Part shown: positions 21,622-33,344 of the stretch, one piece after another
Position numbering within the stretch: the stretch's first letter is position 1
How the letters are laid out: the number at the start of each line of letters is the position of its first letter
Assembly: GCA_048571215.1 (NCBI GenBank)
Contig: CP182352.1
Location: 256,001 to 320,000, forward strand
Reading direction: 5' to 3'
DNA: 64,000 nucleotides
DNA from: Halarcobacter sp.
GTDB lineage: Bacteria; Campylobacterota; Campylobacteria; Campylobacterales; Arcobacteraceae
Notes under the pieces: model-generated
Told to the model about the DNA's origin: nothing
Database searches by the model: none
Seen by the model: only the letters and a program-made list of their open reading frames with translations
Program-made: the position numbers and the translations under genes

Positions 21622-24516
21622 ATGAAGAATTTATCTATTAAAGCAAAACTTCTATTAATTTCATTGTTTGCAATTGTAATTATAGCACTACTAACAGCTG
21701 TTGAATCTATATATTCAATAAAAGTACTTTCAAAAAAAAATATTGAAGAGTATAGAACTGAATCTTATACAAAAAAAGAGAATGAATTGAAAAACTATAT
21801 TTCTCTTGCAATGAAAACAGTTAATTCGTATTATGAAAGAACTGCAATTGATAAGGTAAAAATTGAAGTTCAAGATGAATTAGATAAACAAACAGGGTTC
21901 CTTTTTTCAATTTTAAATTCTGAATATAAAAGGCTTAATGGACTTATTTCTGATGAAGAGTTAAAGTCAAGATTAAAAAGTATAGTAGAGGGAACTAGAT
22001 ATGGAGAATCTGGCTATTTTTGGATAAATGATTTGGATGCAGTTATTGTAATGCATCCAATAAAGCCTGTACTTAATGGCAAAGATCTAAGTGAATTTAA
22101 AGATAAAGCTGGAAAACAGATTTTTAGTGAGTTTGCAAAAATTGCAAAAGCAAAGGGTGATGGGTTTGTAGATTATGTTTGGCCAAAACCAGGATTTGAA
22201 GAACCACAACCAAAAGTATCTTATGTAAAACTTTTCAAACCTTATAATTGGGTTATAGGTACAGGAGAGTATGTATCTGATGTTTCATCAAGTTTAAAAA
22301 CCGATGCTTTAAAAGCTATTGGAAATATGGCTTATGGAAAAAGTGGATATTTTTGGATAAATGATTCTAAGGCAAAAATGATTATGCATCCAATCAAACC
22401 CTCTTTAGATGGAAAAGATTTATCAAAGGTTAAAGACCCTAATGGAAAGCTATTATTTTCAGAGATGGCTAAGGTAGCAGAAAAAAATGCAGCTGGTGGC
22501 TTTGTTAAATATATGTGGGAAAAACCAGGTAAAACTAAGCCTCAACCAAAACTATCATTTGTACAAAAATTTGAACCTTGGGATTGGATTATAGGAACAG
22601 GAGAGTATGTAGATAATATTGAAGAAAATATTGTTAAAATGCAAGAACACACTGATGAACAAATAAGTTCAATCATTACAAAAATATCAATCTTTACAAT
22701 TGTATCTATTTTTATAATCTATTTAGTTTACTCATTTTTAATAAAACGACTTATTATAAATCCACTTGAATATTTAGATGAAGCTATAAATGATGTTTCT
22801 TCTGGAAATAGTGAAAATAAAGAGATTAAAAAACTTTCAAATGATGAGATTGGAAAAGTTGTAGATAGTTTCAATGCTTATATTAAAAAACTTCAAGATG
22901 GTTATGCCCAAGATGCAAAAGTTATTGAAGAAGTTGAAAATATTATCCAAAAAGTTAATAATGGTTTTTATGTATACAAGGTTGAAAAAAACTCTGATAA
23001 TCCACTTATTCAAAAGCTAAGAGAGTCTATAAACTCAATGATTGATGCAACAAATAAAAAACTTGAAGAGATTAATAATATCTTATTGCATTATGGTAAT
23101 TCTGATTTTGAATATAAGTCAAAAGAAGAGAATATATCTTCAAATGGTATTATTGGTTCAATTTTAACTAGTAGTAAACAGCTAGGTTCTACAGTATCTG
23201 AATTTTTATCTATGATTGTAACAACTGGTGAAAAGTTAAATAATGATATTGATGTATTATCAACTTCATCAAATAAATTATCATCTTCTGCAAATGAACA
23301 AGCTGCATCACTTGAAGAAACAGCAGCTGCCGTTGAAGAGATAACTTCTATTATTAAATCAAGTAATGAAAAAGTTGAAAGAATGTCTATATTGGCAAAT
23401 GAGTTAAATAAATCATCAAAAGATGGTGAAGAGTTAGCTTCTAAAACAACATATGCTATGGATGATATAGATAAGCAAGTAAAATCGATAACTGATGCAA
23501 TTACAGTTATTGACCAAATTGCTTTCCAAACAAACATACTTTCTCTAAATGCAGCAGTAGAAGCAGCAACAGCTGGGGAAGCTGGAAAAGGTTTTGCAGT
23601 TGTTGCTCAAGAGGTTAGAAATCTAGCTTCAAGAAGTGCAGAAGCTGCAAAAGAGATAAAAAGTATAGTTGAATCGGCAACAGCAAAGGCAAATGAGGGG
23701 AAACTTATTGCTAATGATATGATTGGTGGTTATAATGAGTTAAATAGTAAAATTAGTGAAACTATAGAACTTATATCTGATGTTACAACAGCAAGTAAAG
23801 AACAAGAAACTGGAATTGTACAAATTAATGATGTTGTCAATTCATTAGATAGAGCAACACAGGTTAATGCTTCTTCTGCAACGGAAATATCTACTTTATC
23901 AAATGAGGTTACAAGTTTATCAAAAGATCTACTTAGCATTGCAGATAGAGCAAAATTTGATATAAATAAAAAAGAGCAAATTTGTGATATAGATTTGGTA
24001 TTTCAAATTTCAAAACTAAAAAATGACCACATAATTTTCAAAAATACCAACTTTGCAAAAGTTGGAAGTTTTACAACTTGGAGTGTAAAATCATGTAAAG
24101 AGTGTGATTTTGGTAAATGGATAGTTGAACAAGAGAATAAACAAATGGATTTTACTAAAACTCCTAATTGGGTAACTATGAAAGACTATCATGAAAAAGT
24201 TCATAAAACAGTACATGAATATATTGAAGAAAACGCAAAAAAAGTTTCTAATAGTAAGCTTGAAGAGATTTCAAAAAGATTAGAAGAATCAACTTCTGCA
24301 CTTTTTGATAAAATGGATATTTTAAAGGTTGAACACTGTAAACTAGTGGGTAATTCTAAAAATACAACAAAAACTTCAAATACAACTGTTGAAGATAAAA
24401 ATTTTGATAAAATAGAGACAAAAAAAGATAATAAACAAAAAATAAAACCTGCAACAAACCCAATAAAAAAAGTTGTTGAAAATAGTAATAGTGACGATGA
24501 ATGGGAGAGTTTTTAA
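21622..24516 (+). CDS. Chemoreceptor with tandem Cache_2 domains, C-terminal CZB domain and EWESF pentapeptide
   Basis: Two GYFWIND...MHPIKP repeats, MCP hairpin, DH..F / CDFGKW / HEKVH. Confidence 0.92.
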   Translation: MKNLSIKAKLLLISLFAIVIIALLTAVESIYSIKVLSKKNIEEYRTESYTKKENELKNYISLAMKTVNSYYERTAIDKVKIEVQDELDKQTGFLFSILNSEYKRLNGLISDEELKSRLKSIVEGTRYGESGYFWINDLDAVIVMHPIKPVLNGKDLSEFKDKAGKQIFSEFAKIAKAKGDGFVDYVWPKPGFEEPQPKVSYVKLFKPYNWVIGTGEYVSDVSSSLKTDALKAIGNMAYGKSGYFWINDSKAKMIMHPIKPSLDGKDLSKVKDPNGKLLFSEMAKVAEKNAAGGFVKYMWEKPGKTKPQPKLSFVQKFEPWDWIIGTGEYVDNIEENIVKMQEHTDEQISSIITKISIFTIVSIFIIYLVYSFLIKRLIINPLEYLDEAINDVSSGNSENKEIKKLSNDEIGKVVDSFNAYIKKLQDGYAQDAKVIEEVENIIQKVNNGFYVYKVEKNSDNPLIQKLRESINSMIDATNKKLEEINNILLHYGNSDFEYKSKEENISSNGIIGSILTSSKQLGSTVSEFLSMIVTTGEKLNNDIDVLSTSSNKLSSSANEQAASLEETAAAVEEITSIIKSSNEKVERMSILANELNKSSKDGEELASKTTYAMDDIDKQVKSITDAITVIDQIAFQTNILSLNAAVEAATAGEAGKGFAVVAQEVRNLASRSAEAAKEIKSIVESATAKANEGKLIANDMIGGYNELNSKISETIELISDVTTASKEQETGIVQINDVVNSLDRATQVNASSATEISTLSNEVTSLSKDLLSIADRAKFDINKKEQICDIDLVFQISKLKNDHIIFKNTNFAKVGSFTTWSVKSCKECDFGKWIVEQENKQMDFTKTPNWVTMKDYHEKVHKTVHEYIEENAKKVSNSKLEEISKRLEESTSALFDKMDILKVEHCKLVGNSKNTTKTSNTTVEDKNFDKIETKKDNKQKIKPATNPIKKVVENSNSDDEWESF

Positions 24517-24549
24517 GTCTTTAGTGTCTAGATAAGATTAGGAGTAGCT

Positions 24550-27474
24550 ATGAAAGAGTTTAATCAAAGACTACATTTAAAAGTGATTTTTATAGCTATT
24601 CCTTTGTCTTTAATGCTTATTTTCTTTGTGTTTAGATATAGTGAAAATACATTTTTAAAATCTTATATTTCTCATATCAATAGCCAGTATATATTACTTG
24701 AAGATAGAATCAATAACTTTTTAATTGATAAAGATGCTTTTATGTCTTTGCTGATATCTCACAATAATATACAGAATTTTTTAAAAAATCAAAGTGAAAA
24801 AAATCAAATAAAAGTAGAACAGTTATTTTTAAAGCAAGTAAAAATTCAAAAAAATATTATGCAACTAAGGATTGTCTCTGCTAAAGGTATGGAGTTAATT
24901 AGGGTTGATAGAGTTGAAAACAATAATATAAAAATAATAGAGAAAAAAGATTTACAAGATAAATCAAACAGGGATTATTTTAAAAGATTTGTAAAATTAA
25001 AACCTAATAACATGGGTGTTTCCTCTTTAGATTTAAATGTAGAACGTGGAAAAATAGAAATACCCTTTAAAGCGACCCTTAGAGTTTCAATGCCCATATA
25101 TAGACAAAATAAACTTCAAGCTTTGATTATCATCAATTATAATATGAATGAGTGGTTGGATGAGTTTGAAAAAGTAGCTTTTTTAAAGTTTTATATGGTT
25201 GATAAAGATGGATATTTTATTTTACATCCTAATAAAAACTTGCAATGGTCTAAATATCAAAAAGATAAATTAAATATAAAAGATAAGTTTAATCTTGATG
25301 TTAAAACCTTTTTAGATACTAACAAATTAATAAAAGTAGATAATTTTTTAGGAAGAAAACTTAAGTTTTTCAATAATGAAGAGAATATTATTTTATATGA
25401 TTTAGATACTGATTTAGGTCTAACTAACTATTTGTATCACTCAAAATTACTTGGGATTGCACTATTTATTAGTATTCTTCTAATTCTTTTGCCCTTTTCA
25501 AAAATCTTGTATGAGTATTTCAAAAAGTTAAAAGCTTTAAATCTAGAATTAGTAAACAATGAAGATAAGATAAAAAGAATTTTAGATAACACTTTTGATG
25601 CAATTATTATGATAAATCAAAAAGGTATTATTCAAAGTGCAAACAATGCTGCTCAAAAGATATTTTTATATGAAAAAAGTGAATTAATAGGAAAAAATGT
25701 AAATATAATTGTACCTGAACCACACCATTCAAATCATGATTCTTATTTAAAAAAACATGATAAACAGATGAAAACAAAAGTAATAGGTTTAGAAAGAGAG
25801 CTTTTTGGTTGTGATAAAAGTGGGAATCTAATTCCTGTTAATATTGCAATTACAAAACTACAAATTAAAGATGAGTTGTTTTTTATAGGAACTATTAGAG
25901 ATCTAAGGGATGAAAAACGTAGTAAAAAACTTTTTCAAAATGTTTTTGATAATACCCCATTAGGTATGGCATTGGTTTTAAAAGATGGCTCTTTTTGGCA
26001 ACTTAATAATAGTTTTTGTAATATTGTAGGATATTCAAATGATGAATTAAAACATCTTACTTTTCAAGATATTACCTATGCAGATGATTTAAATATAGAT
26101 TTAGAATTGGTTCAAAAACTAATAAATAAAGAATCTGATTCTTATAGTTTAGAAAAAAGATATATTCATAAAGATGGACATATAGTGTGGGTAAATTTAA
26201 ATGTCACCCCATTTTTTATGGATGAAAATAAAACTGAGATAGATTTTTTTATTGCTGCAATTGAAGATATTACAAAGAAAAAAGAGATTATATCAAATCT
26301 AGAATTGACAAAAGATAGACTTCTTGAAGCGGAAGAGGTATCCCAAACTGGACACTGGGATTGGAATGCAAAAGAGGATTATCTATATTGGTCTGATGTT
26401 ATGTTAAGAATCTTTGGAAAAACAAAAGATAGTTTTAAAGAGAATTATGAAGACTTTATAGCTTGTGTTTATGAAGAGGATAGAGAGTTTGTAGATGCTA
26501 GTATTAAAGAGTGTTTTAAAAGTAATAAGCCTTATAATTTAGAATATAGAATATTAGTAAATGAAAAAATTAAATATATCAAAGCACAAGGAAAAGTGAT
26601 TTATCACAATGATATACCTATCAAAATGTTTGGAACTTGCCAAGATGTTACAGAGTTAAAGATTTTAATTGACAAAGAGAAGAAACAAGAGTATTTGATT
26701 ATGCAACAAGCTAAATTAGTTTCAATGGGAGAAATGGTTGCTGCAATTGCCCACCAATGGAGGCAACCTCTTAACTCTATAGGTTTAGCAATTCAAGATA
26801 TATTATATGCATACAAGTATGGAGAGGTTGATGAAAGCTATCTTAAAAATTTAAAAGATGAGGTGATGGGACAACTTAATTATATGTCTCAAACTATTGA
26901 TGAGTTTAGAAGTTTTTTCAAAAAAAGTAATATAGTAAATAAGTTTAATATAGTAAATGCTATGGAGGAGATAAAAACTTTTTATAGAGCCCAATTAACA
27001 AAATCAAAAATTCATCTAAATATAAAATGTAAAGTAGATAGTGAGTATATATTAATAGAAGATTTAGAAAAAAATGAAAAAGATAAGTTTATTATTACTT
27101 CAAAAGTATCAGAATTGAAACAAATAGTTATTAATTTTATTTCAAATGCGAAAGATGCGATTGAAAAATTAGATTCAGAAGACCTGAATGAAAAACAAAT
27201 TGAATTAATAATCGAAAAACAAAATGATAAAATCAAAATTTCTGTAAATGATTTTGCCGGAGGAATCGATAAAAAGAATTTTCATAGAGTATTTGAGCCA
27301 TATTTTAGTACAAAAGAGATGGGTACAGGACTTGGACTTTATATAGCTAAAATGATTATAGAAAAATCATTAAAAGGTGAAATAGAACATAAAAATATAG
27401 AAACTCAAAAAGAATCTAAAGTCTATAAAGGAAGCTCTTTTTTTATCATTTTACCTTTGTCTATTGATAAATAA
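24550..27474 (+). CDS. Membrane sensor histidine kinase with periplasmic Cache-like and three PAS domains
   Basis: AIAHQWRQPL H-box, N/G boxes (NAKDA, D.AGGI, FSTK.MGTGLGL), PAS motifs. Confidence 0.93.
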   Translation: MKEFNQRLHLKVIFIAIPLSLMLIFFVFRYSENTFLKSYISHINSQYILLEDRINNFLIDKDAFMSLLISHNNIQNFLKNQSEKNQIKVEQLFLKQVKIQKNIMQLRIVSAKGMELIRVDRVENNNIKIIEKKDLQDKSNRDYFKRFVKLKPNNMGVSSLDLNVERGKIEIPFKATLRVSMPIYRQNKLQALIIINYNMNEWLDEFEKVAFLKFYMVDKDGYFILHPNKNLQWSKYQKDKLNIKDKFNLDVKTFLDTNKLIKVDNFLGRKLKFFNNEENIILYDLDTDLGLTNYLYHSKLLGIALFISILLILLPFSKILYEYFKKLKALNLELVNNEDKIKRILDNTFDAIIMINQKGIIQSANNAAQKIFLYEKSELIGKNVNIIVPEPHHSNHDSYLKKHDKQMKTKVIGLERELFGCDKSGNLIPVNIAITKLQIKDELFFIGTIRDLRDEKRSKKLFQNVFDNTPLGMALVLKDGSFWQLNNSFCNIVGYSNDELKHLTFQDITYADDLNIDLELVQKLINKESDSYSLEKRYIHKDGHIVWVNLNVTPFFMDENKTEIDFFIAAIEDITKKKEIISNLELTKDRLLEAEEVSQTGHWDWNAKEDYLYWSDVMLRIFGKTKDSFKENYEDFIACVYEEDREFVDASIKECFKSNKPYNLEYRILVNEKIKYIKAQGKVIYHNDIPIKMFGTCQDVTELKILIDKEKKQEYLIMQQAKLVSMGEMVAAIAHQWRQPLNSIGLAIQDILYAYKYGEVDESYLKNLKDEVMGQLNYMSQTIDEFRSFFKKSNIVNKFNIVNAMEEIKTFYRAQLTKSKIHLNIKCKVDSEYILIEDLEKNEKDKFIITSKVSELKQIVINFISNAKDAIEKLDSEDLNEKQIELIIEKQNDKIKISVNDFAGGIDKKNFHRVFEPYFSTKEMGTGLGLYIAKMIIEKSLKGEIEHKNIETQKESKVYKGSSFFIILPLSIDK

Positions 27475-27476
27475 TT

Positions 27477-28682
27477 TTAACTTTTATTTATAATATCTAA
27501 TAAATCTGTAACTCTTTTATTTTTTTTATTTAGTTCCTCTTCTAAGTTATTATATTTTTCTTTTAAAATTTTCAACTCCTCTTTCAAGTCGTAGTTTTCT
27601 GATGTTAAAGTATTAAGTTTTCTTTTTTTTAGTTCTATGGTATCAATATGAGTTTTTATCTCTTCATTTTTTGTAGTTATGATTTTCTCATACTTTGCAT
27701 TAGTATTTTCCATTTGTAACTCATAATGGGTTAATTGTCTTTCTTTGTTTAAAGCTCTTTCTTTTTCTATATTTAGTTGATGCTTACAAGTTTTTATATA
27801 GTTGTTTTCATCATTGATTTTTTTAGATAACTCTTCAATGATTTTTTTATACTCAGCTTCTTTTTTATTAGTTTCTTGAATATTCAGTAAAACTTTTCTT
27901 TGAAAATCTCTTTTTTTTATATTCTCTTGGGTAGTTAAAAAAGCAATAGTTATATATTCATCTTTTTTCATCCCTTTTATTTTAAAAACTGTGTTATTTA
28001 GATAAAAAACTTCTTTATTTTTTGAGATAAATTTAGTATCTCCTTTAAAAAGTTTTCCATCTTTTATTAAGCTCCAAGTGTCATTGATAAGCTTTTTAGG
28101 AATGCTTGGATGAATAATATCATTGAAGTTTAAAGTTTTTAAGTCTTCTATTGTAAAGTTTGATATCTCATGCATAGCCTTATTCATATAAGTGATTTGT
28201 CCATCTTCATACATTTTGAATATAAGGGCAACTGTATCAACTGCACTAATATAGTTTTCTATCTCTTTTTGTTTATCTAAAAGTCTTTTCTCAAAAAATA
28301 GTTTTTCGCAAAGTAGATCTATTTTTTGAAGTAGTTCATTTACATTTATTGGTTTTAGTATATAGTAATTTGCATTTAAATTTATAGCTTCACGTATAGT
28401 ATCTATATCTAATTTAGCAGTTATAAAGATAAAAGGTAAATATAAGTTATTTAGTCTAACTCTTTTTAAGAACTCTATTCCATCCATTTTAGGCATAGTG
28501 ATATCAGAGATTATTAAGTCAATATCTTTATGTATTTTATATATTTCTAAAGCCTCTTCCCCATTATTTGCCTCTAATATATTTTTAAAATATTTTCTTA
28601 AAGTATTTGCTAATATCTTTCTATCTGCATCTGAATCCTCTACTAAAAGTATCTTTATCTCTTGCAAGAACTGTGAATTCAA
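27477..28682 (-). CDS. Response regulator (REC-PAS-coiled coil)
   Basis: LLVED, DITMPKMDG, ITA, LKP, then PAS-like segment and heptad tail. Confidence 0.88.
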   Translation of the reverse strand: MNSQFLQEIKILLVEDSDADRKILANTLRKYFKNILEANNGEEALEIYKIHKDIDLIISDITMPKMDGIEFLKRVRLNNLYLPFIFITAKLDIDTIREAINLNANYYILKPINVNELLQKIDLLCEKLFFEKRLLDKQKEIENYISAVDTVALIFKMYEDGQITYMNKAMHEISNFTIEDLKTLNFNDIIHPSIPKKLINDTWSLIKDGKLFKGDTKFISKNKEVFYLNNTVFKIKGMKKDEYITIAFLTTQENIKKRDFQRKVLLNIQETNKKEAEYKKIIEELSKKINDENNYIKTCKHQLNIEKERALNKERQLTHYELQMENTNAKYEKIITTKNEEIKTHIDTIELKKRKLNTLTSENYDLKEELKILKEKYNNLEEELNKKNKRVTDLLDIINKS

Positions 28683-28775
28683 AGCAACTCCCTTTTAATA
28701 TAATTATTTATTATAACAAATTTTATTTTAAACAAAATTACAGTAAATTAATAGATAATTTTTAAAGGTAGTTTT

Positions 28776-29897
28776 ATGTTAGATTTGAATTTAGCTATTA
28801 TTGAAGATGATGAGATATTATTAAATAGACTTTATAAAATATTAAGTAGAGAAGTTAAATTAGTTAGCACTTATTCAAGTTCAAAATCTTTTTTAGATGA
28901 TCTAGATAAGGGAATAATTCCTAATGTAATCTTATCTGATATAAATATGAGTTCCATAAATGGTTTAGAAATGATTGCTATTTTAAGGGAAAAAAATATA
29001 AAAATCCCAGTTATATTAGCATCAGCATTTAGTGAACCAGAATATTTTATTGAAGCAATAAATTTAAGAGTTAGAAGATTTTTAGTAAAGCCTATAGATA
29101 TTGATATTTTATTAGATGAATTAAAACATATTGATGAAGAGTTAAAATTAAAAAGTGAATTGGAAACAAAAGACAATCTTCTATTGATTCAGTCAAAAAT
29201 GGCAGCTATGGGTGAGATGTTAGCTAATATTGCCCATCAATGGAAACAACCTTTAAATACAATTTCAATAAGTGCTTCAAGTATTCAATTAGCAAAAGAA
29301 CTAGAAACGGATATAAATGAAGAGGAGTTAAAAGATTTAATTGAGAACATTATTAATTCAGTAAAGTATATGAATGAAACTATAAGTGATTTTCAAAACT
29401 ATTTTAAACCAAATAAATTAGAGAAATGTTTTTATTTGGAAGATACCATTAAAAAGGTTGAAAAACTTTTACTCCCTCAATGTAAAACCCATAATATAGA
29501 GCTTATAAAATATATTGAAAATGTGACCTTATGTAGTTTTGAAAATGAGTTGATTCAAGTATTAATTAACTTGATTAAAAATTCTGTAGAACAGCTAAGC
29601 AATATTAGTGAAGATAGATTTATAATTATAAATATTTTTTCTCAAGATGAAAATACAATTATTGAAGTTAAAGATAATGGGGGAGGAATACCCTCTACGA
29701 TAATAGATAAAGTTTTTGATTCATATTTTACTACAAAAGGTGATAATGGAACAGGAATTGGGCTATATTTATCAAAAGAGATTGTAGAAAAACACCTAAA
29801 TGGACATATAAAAGTAGAAAATAGTAATTTCCTTTATGATAATAAAGAGTATTGTGGTGCTTGTTTTACTCTTACTTTAAAATCTTTAGAATTTTAA
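28776..29897 (+). CDS. Cytoplasmic hybrid REC-histidine kinase
   Basis: IIEDD, DINM, VKP; NIAHQWKQPL; DNGGGI, GTGIGL. Confidence 0.9.
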   Translation: MLDLNLAIIEDDEILLNRLYKILSREVKLVSTYSSSKSFLDDLDKGIIPNVILSDINMSSINGLEMIAILREKNIKIPVILASAFSEPEYFIEAINLRVRRFLVKPIDIDILLDELKHIDEELKLKSELETKDNLLLIQSKMAAMGEMLANIAHQWKQPLNTISISASSIQLAKELETDINEEELKDLIENIINSVKYMNETISDFQNYFKPNKLEKCFYLEDTIKKVEKLLLPQCKTHNIELIKYIENVTLCSFENELIQVLINLIKNSVEQLSNISEDRFIIINIFSQDENTIIEVKDNGGGIPSTIIDKVFDSYFTTKGDNGTGIGLYLSKEIVEKHLNGHIKVENSNFLYDNKEYCGACFTLTLKSLEF

Positions 29898-29976
29898 TTA
29901 AAAAAAAGAACAAAATCTAGTTTAAAATATTTTAGATATAATATCAAATTTCAAAAATAGTTATTGAAAGGCGATA

Positions 29977-31275
29977 ATGAGTAGCAATAAAGTAGAACTT
30001 CTAAGTCCAGCAGGAAATTTAGAAAAATTAAAGATTGCTTTTAAATATGGTGCAGATGCAGTATATGGTGGTGTTAGCCACTTTAGTTTAAGAATTAGAA
30101 GTGGTAAAGAGTTTACATATGAGAGTTTTAAAGAGGGGATAGATTATGCTCACTCTTTGGGCAAAAAAGTATACGCTACCATAAATGGATTCCCTTTTAA
30201 TTCTCAAATAGAATTACTTAAAAAACATATTATTCAAATGGCAGAACTAGAACCAGATGCACTCATTGTTGCAGCCCCAGGGGTAGTAAGACTTTGTAGA
30301 GAACTAGCACCAAATATTCCAATACACTTATCAACCCAAGCAAATGTTATGAATTATCTTGATGCCCAAGTATATTATGATATGGGTGTTAGAAGGATAA
30401 TAGCAGCACGTGAGATTAGTTTAAAAGATGTGGTTGAGATAAAAAAACATCTTCCTGATATGGAGATTGAGATTTTTGTACATGGTTCTATGTGTTTTGC
30501 ATATAGTGGCAGATGCCTAGTTAGTGCAGTACAAATGGGAAGAGTCCCAAATAGAGGAAGTTGTGCCAATGATTGTAGATTTGAGTATACTTTATATGCT
30601 GCAAATGAGGATCATAGTAGTCTTTTTAGACTCGAAGAGGAACCAGGAGTTGGTACTTATATCTTCAATGCAAAAGATATGAACTTAGCTTCACACTTAG
30701 ATGAGATTTTAGCTTGCGGTGCAGTTGATTCAGTTAAGATTGAAGGGAGAACAAAATCTCCATATTATGCAGCAGTTACAGCCTATGCTTATAGACAGGC
30801 AATAGATGATTTTTATACAGATAGTTTTAAATCTTCTAAATACCAAGAAGAGTTAGCTACTACAAAAAATAGAGGCTTTACAGATGCCTATTTAATCCAT
30901 AGACCATTTGAAAAAAATGATACCCAAAATCATGAATATGCTTTAAGTAAAGGAAGTTATGAAGTTAGTGGTCTAGTAACTGAAGATGAAAAACATTTTT
31001 TATGTAAATATAAAACATATCCAAATGAAGAGACTGAGATATTTGCTCCTTTTGGTACTGAGATTGAAGAGATAGATAACGATATAGGGTCTATTTATAA
31101 AAAAGATGATGGGAAATATTATGTTTGTTTCAAAAAGATTTTAACTGAAACAAATAAAGAATTAGAATCTGTTCACAGTGGGAATACAAATAAAATCCAA
31201 TTACCAGGTAGATTGCCATATCTTACAATGCTTAGGGTAGAAAATACTGATCAGGAGTGTTGTGATAATCAATAA
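29977..31275 (+). CDS. Peptidase U32 family protein (TrhP-like tRNA hydroxylation)
   Basis: ELLSPAG, GADAVY, HGSMCFAYSGRC, RGSCANDCR, KIEGR. Confidence 0.9.
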   Translation: MSSNKVELLSPAGNLEKLKIAFKYGADAVYGGVSHFSLRIRSGKEFTYESFKEGIDYAHSLGKKVYATINGFPFNSQIELLKKHIIQMAELEPDALIVAAPGVVRLCRELAPNIPIHLSTQANVMNYLDAQVYYDMGVRRIIAAREISLKDVVEIKKHLPDMEIEIFVHGSMCFAYSGRCLVSAVQMGRVPNRGSCANDCRFEYTLYAANEDHSSLFRLEEEPGVGTYIFNAKDMNLASHLDEILACGAVDSVKIEGRTKSPYYAAVTAYAYRQAIDDFYTDSFKSSKYQEELATTKNRGFTDAYLIHRPFEKNDTQNHEYALSKGSYEVSGLVTEDEKHFLCKYKTYPNEETEIFAPFGTEIEEIDNDIGSIYKKDDGKYYVCFKKILTETNKELESVHSGNTNKIQLPGRLPYLTMLRVENTDQECCDNQ

Positions 31276-32579
31276 TGGTAGTATTTAGAGCAAGTGAGAA
31301 TGTAAATATCAAAACAACTGATGGTACTTTAGTTGAATATAAAAAGTTTAAAAATCCATCTGAGTTTTACAATGAAACTGTATATATTACTAGTTATGAA
31401 GATTTTGAAAATCTAAAAAGAGTTTTTAAATCTGTTGGTGAAAAATATAAAACAAGAGTTTTAGATGAAGCTAAGATTAGGTATTTAAGCCAGTTTCCTA
31501 AAGAGCTTGGCATTTCAAATATTAATGAACATTCTATTAAACAAAGACTAGACTTTGAGTATAAAAAGCTTCATAAAACTGTTGATTTAAGTGAGCTTAA
31601 CTCTTTATACCTAAATGAAAGCAATAGTGATTTAAAAAAACAAATTGCTGGGAGTTTAAAACAGGATATAACACTGTTAGTTCTTGGAAGTTTTGGAGCA
31701 TCTATTTCTGAAATTATTTGTGGATGTACTGCTCTTAGGATTTTTTATGAAGAGCTAAAAAAAAGATTTAAGAGTGTTAAAATTGATATATATTTAAATG
31801 CTTCAGAAAATAAATATTATAGTAGAGATAAGTTGATATATATAAATCAATCTTTTATAAATAAAGTTAATCCCTTATCCCTTGATATTAAGCAATTTTG
31901 TAATTATGATTATTTTGTTGACACAAGCTCTGTTATAAATAGAAGCTACTATAAAAATCTGTCTTTAGTTGATGCTTGGCTTTATAAATTTGGAATCGAT
32001 TATAAAAAAGTAAATGATTCTTTAAAATATAATACCATAAATATATCTTCATATAAGCCAAGAGCTACCCTTAAAGAGAAGATATCTAGTTTAAAGTTAA
32101 AAGGGAAAGTTTTATTGTATCATCCCTATTCAGCAAATATAAATAAGTCTATTCCAAAAGAGATTTCAATAGATATTTTAAGAGAGCTTTTATTAAAACT
32201 ACCAGACTATACGATAGTTTCAGTACTTAAATTAAATATCAAATTAAATGATGATAGATTTGTAGATTTAAGTGAAGAGTCAAAAACCTTTTTAGATTAT
32301 TCTTATATTATCTCTAATATGGATAAAATAATAACAGTAAATACTGCAACTTATCATATAGCTGATGCTTTTTTTATACCTACTGTTGCTTTATTTACAA
32401 ATAATAATGAAAATGAGCTTATTATGAATTATCCTTTGAGCAAAATAATATTTATTGAGGATAAAGTAAAAAACTTTAGTAATTTTATTTTTGAAAATGA
32501 AGCTTTGATTTTATATCGTTTTACAGGGTGGAGAGAACTTAAGGTTAGTAAGATTATAAAACTGTTAGAAAGTTTTTGA
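31275..32579 (+). CDS. Hypothetical protein with glycosyltransferase family 9-like C-terminus
   Basis: LYHPYSA...KS and ITVNTATYHIADAF.IPTVALF resemble GT9 motifs. Confidence 0.5.
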   Translation: MVVFRASENVNIKTTDGTLVEYKKFKNPSEFYNETVYITSYEDFENLKRVFKSVGEKYKTRVLDEAKIRYLSQFPKELGISNINEHSIKQRLDFEYKKLHKTVDLSELNSLYLNESNSDLKKQIAGSLKQDITLLVLGSFGASISEIICGCTALRIFYEELKKRFKSVKIDIYLNASENKYYSRDKLIYINQSFINKVNPLSLDIKQFCNYDYFVDTSSVINRSYYKNLSLVDAWLYKFGIDYKKVNDSLKYNTINISSYKPRATLKEKISSLKLKGKVLLYHPYSANINKSIPKEISIDILRELLLKLPDYTIVSVLKLNIKLNDDRFVDLSEESKTFLDYSYIISNMDKIITVNTATYHIADAFFIPTVALFTNNNENELIMNYPLSKIIFIEDKVKNFSNFIFENEALILYRFTGWRELKVSKIIKLLESF

Positions 32580-32585
32580 TATAAT
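32577..32585 (+). promoter_or_regulatory. Extended -10 promoter upstream of purE
   Basis: TGaTATAAT about 30 bp before the ATG. Confidence 0.6.
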
Positions 32586-32616
32586 CACGATTATTTAAAA
32601 AAAATTAGGGGATAAA

Positions 32617-33111
32617 ATGAACTTTGTATCTATTTTAATGGGTAGTAAATCTGATTATGAAATTATGAAACACTGTGCTGATACATTAGAAAAATTTGAT
32701 GTAAAATATGAAATTATTATATCTTCTGCACATAGAAGTCCAGAAAGAACAAAAAATTACATTAAAGAAGCTGAAGAGAAAGGTGCAGTTGCATTTATAG
32801 CAGCAGCAGGAATGGCTGCTCATTTAGCAGGAGCAGTTGCAGCAACTACAACTAAACCTGTTATTGGTGTACCTATGAAAGGTGGAGCAATGGATGGTAT
32901 GGATGCAATGCTTTCAACTGTTCAAATGCCTGCTGGTATGCCTGTGGGAACTGTAGCATTAGGAAGAAGTGGTGCAGTAAATGCAGCATATTTTGCAATG
33001 CAAATTTTAGCTATTTTTGATAAAGAATTAGCAGTTAAACTAAAAGAAGATAGAGTAGTTCAATCAAAAAAAGTTGAATCAGATTCAGCTTCAATTGAAG
33101 TACTTATATAA
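32617..33111 (+). CDS. purE: N5-CAIR mutase
   Basis: MGSKSD, SAHRSP, AGMAAHL, STVQMP.G.PV. Confidence 0.97.
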   Translation: MNFVSILMGSKSDYEIMKHCADTLEKFDVKYEIIISSAHRSPERTKNYIKEAEEKGAVAFIAAAGMAAHLAGAVAATTTKPVIGVPMKGGAMDGMDAMLSTVQMPAGMPVGTVALGRSGAVNAAYFAMQILAIFDKELAVKLKEDRVVQSKKVESDSASIEVLI

Positions 33112-33344
33112 TGAAACGAGTTGCACTATTTGTATTACCAAAATGCAAATGGTGCAATGAGCTAAAAGCTTATTTTAAAGAAAAAAAGATTAAGTACAAT
33201 ATTATTGATCTTTCCACAAATAAAAAAGCTTTAAATGATTGTAAAAAACATGGATGCAGTGGTGCACCTGTAGTTTTAGTAGAGAATCAGTGGATTTGTG
33301 GTTTTGATAAAGTAAAAATAAATAAAGCATTAGGGATAAAATAG
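33111..33344 (+). CDS. Glutaredoxin-like protein
   Basis: CKWC active site, P.V...GFD. Confidence 0.85.
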   Translation: MKRVALFVLPKCKWCNELKAYFKEKKIKYNIIDLSTNKKALNDCKKHGCSGAPVVLVENQWICGFDKVKINKALGIK

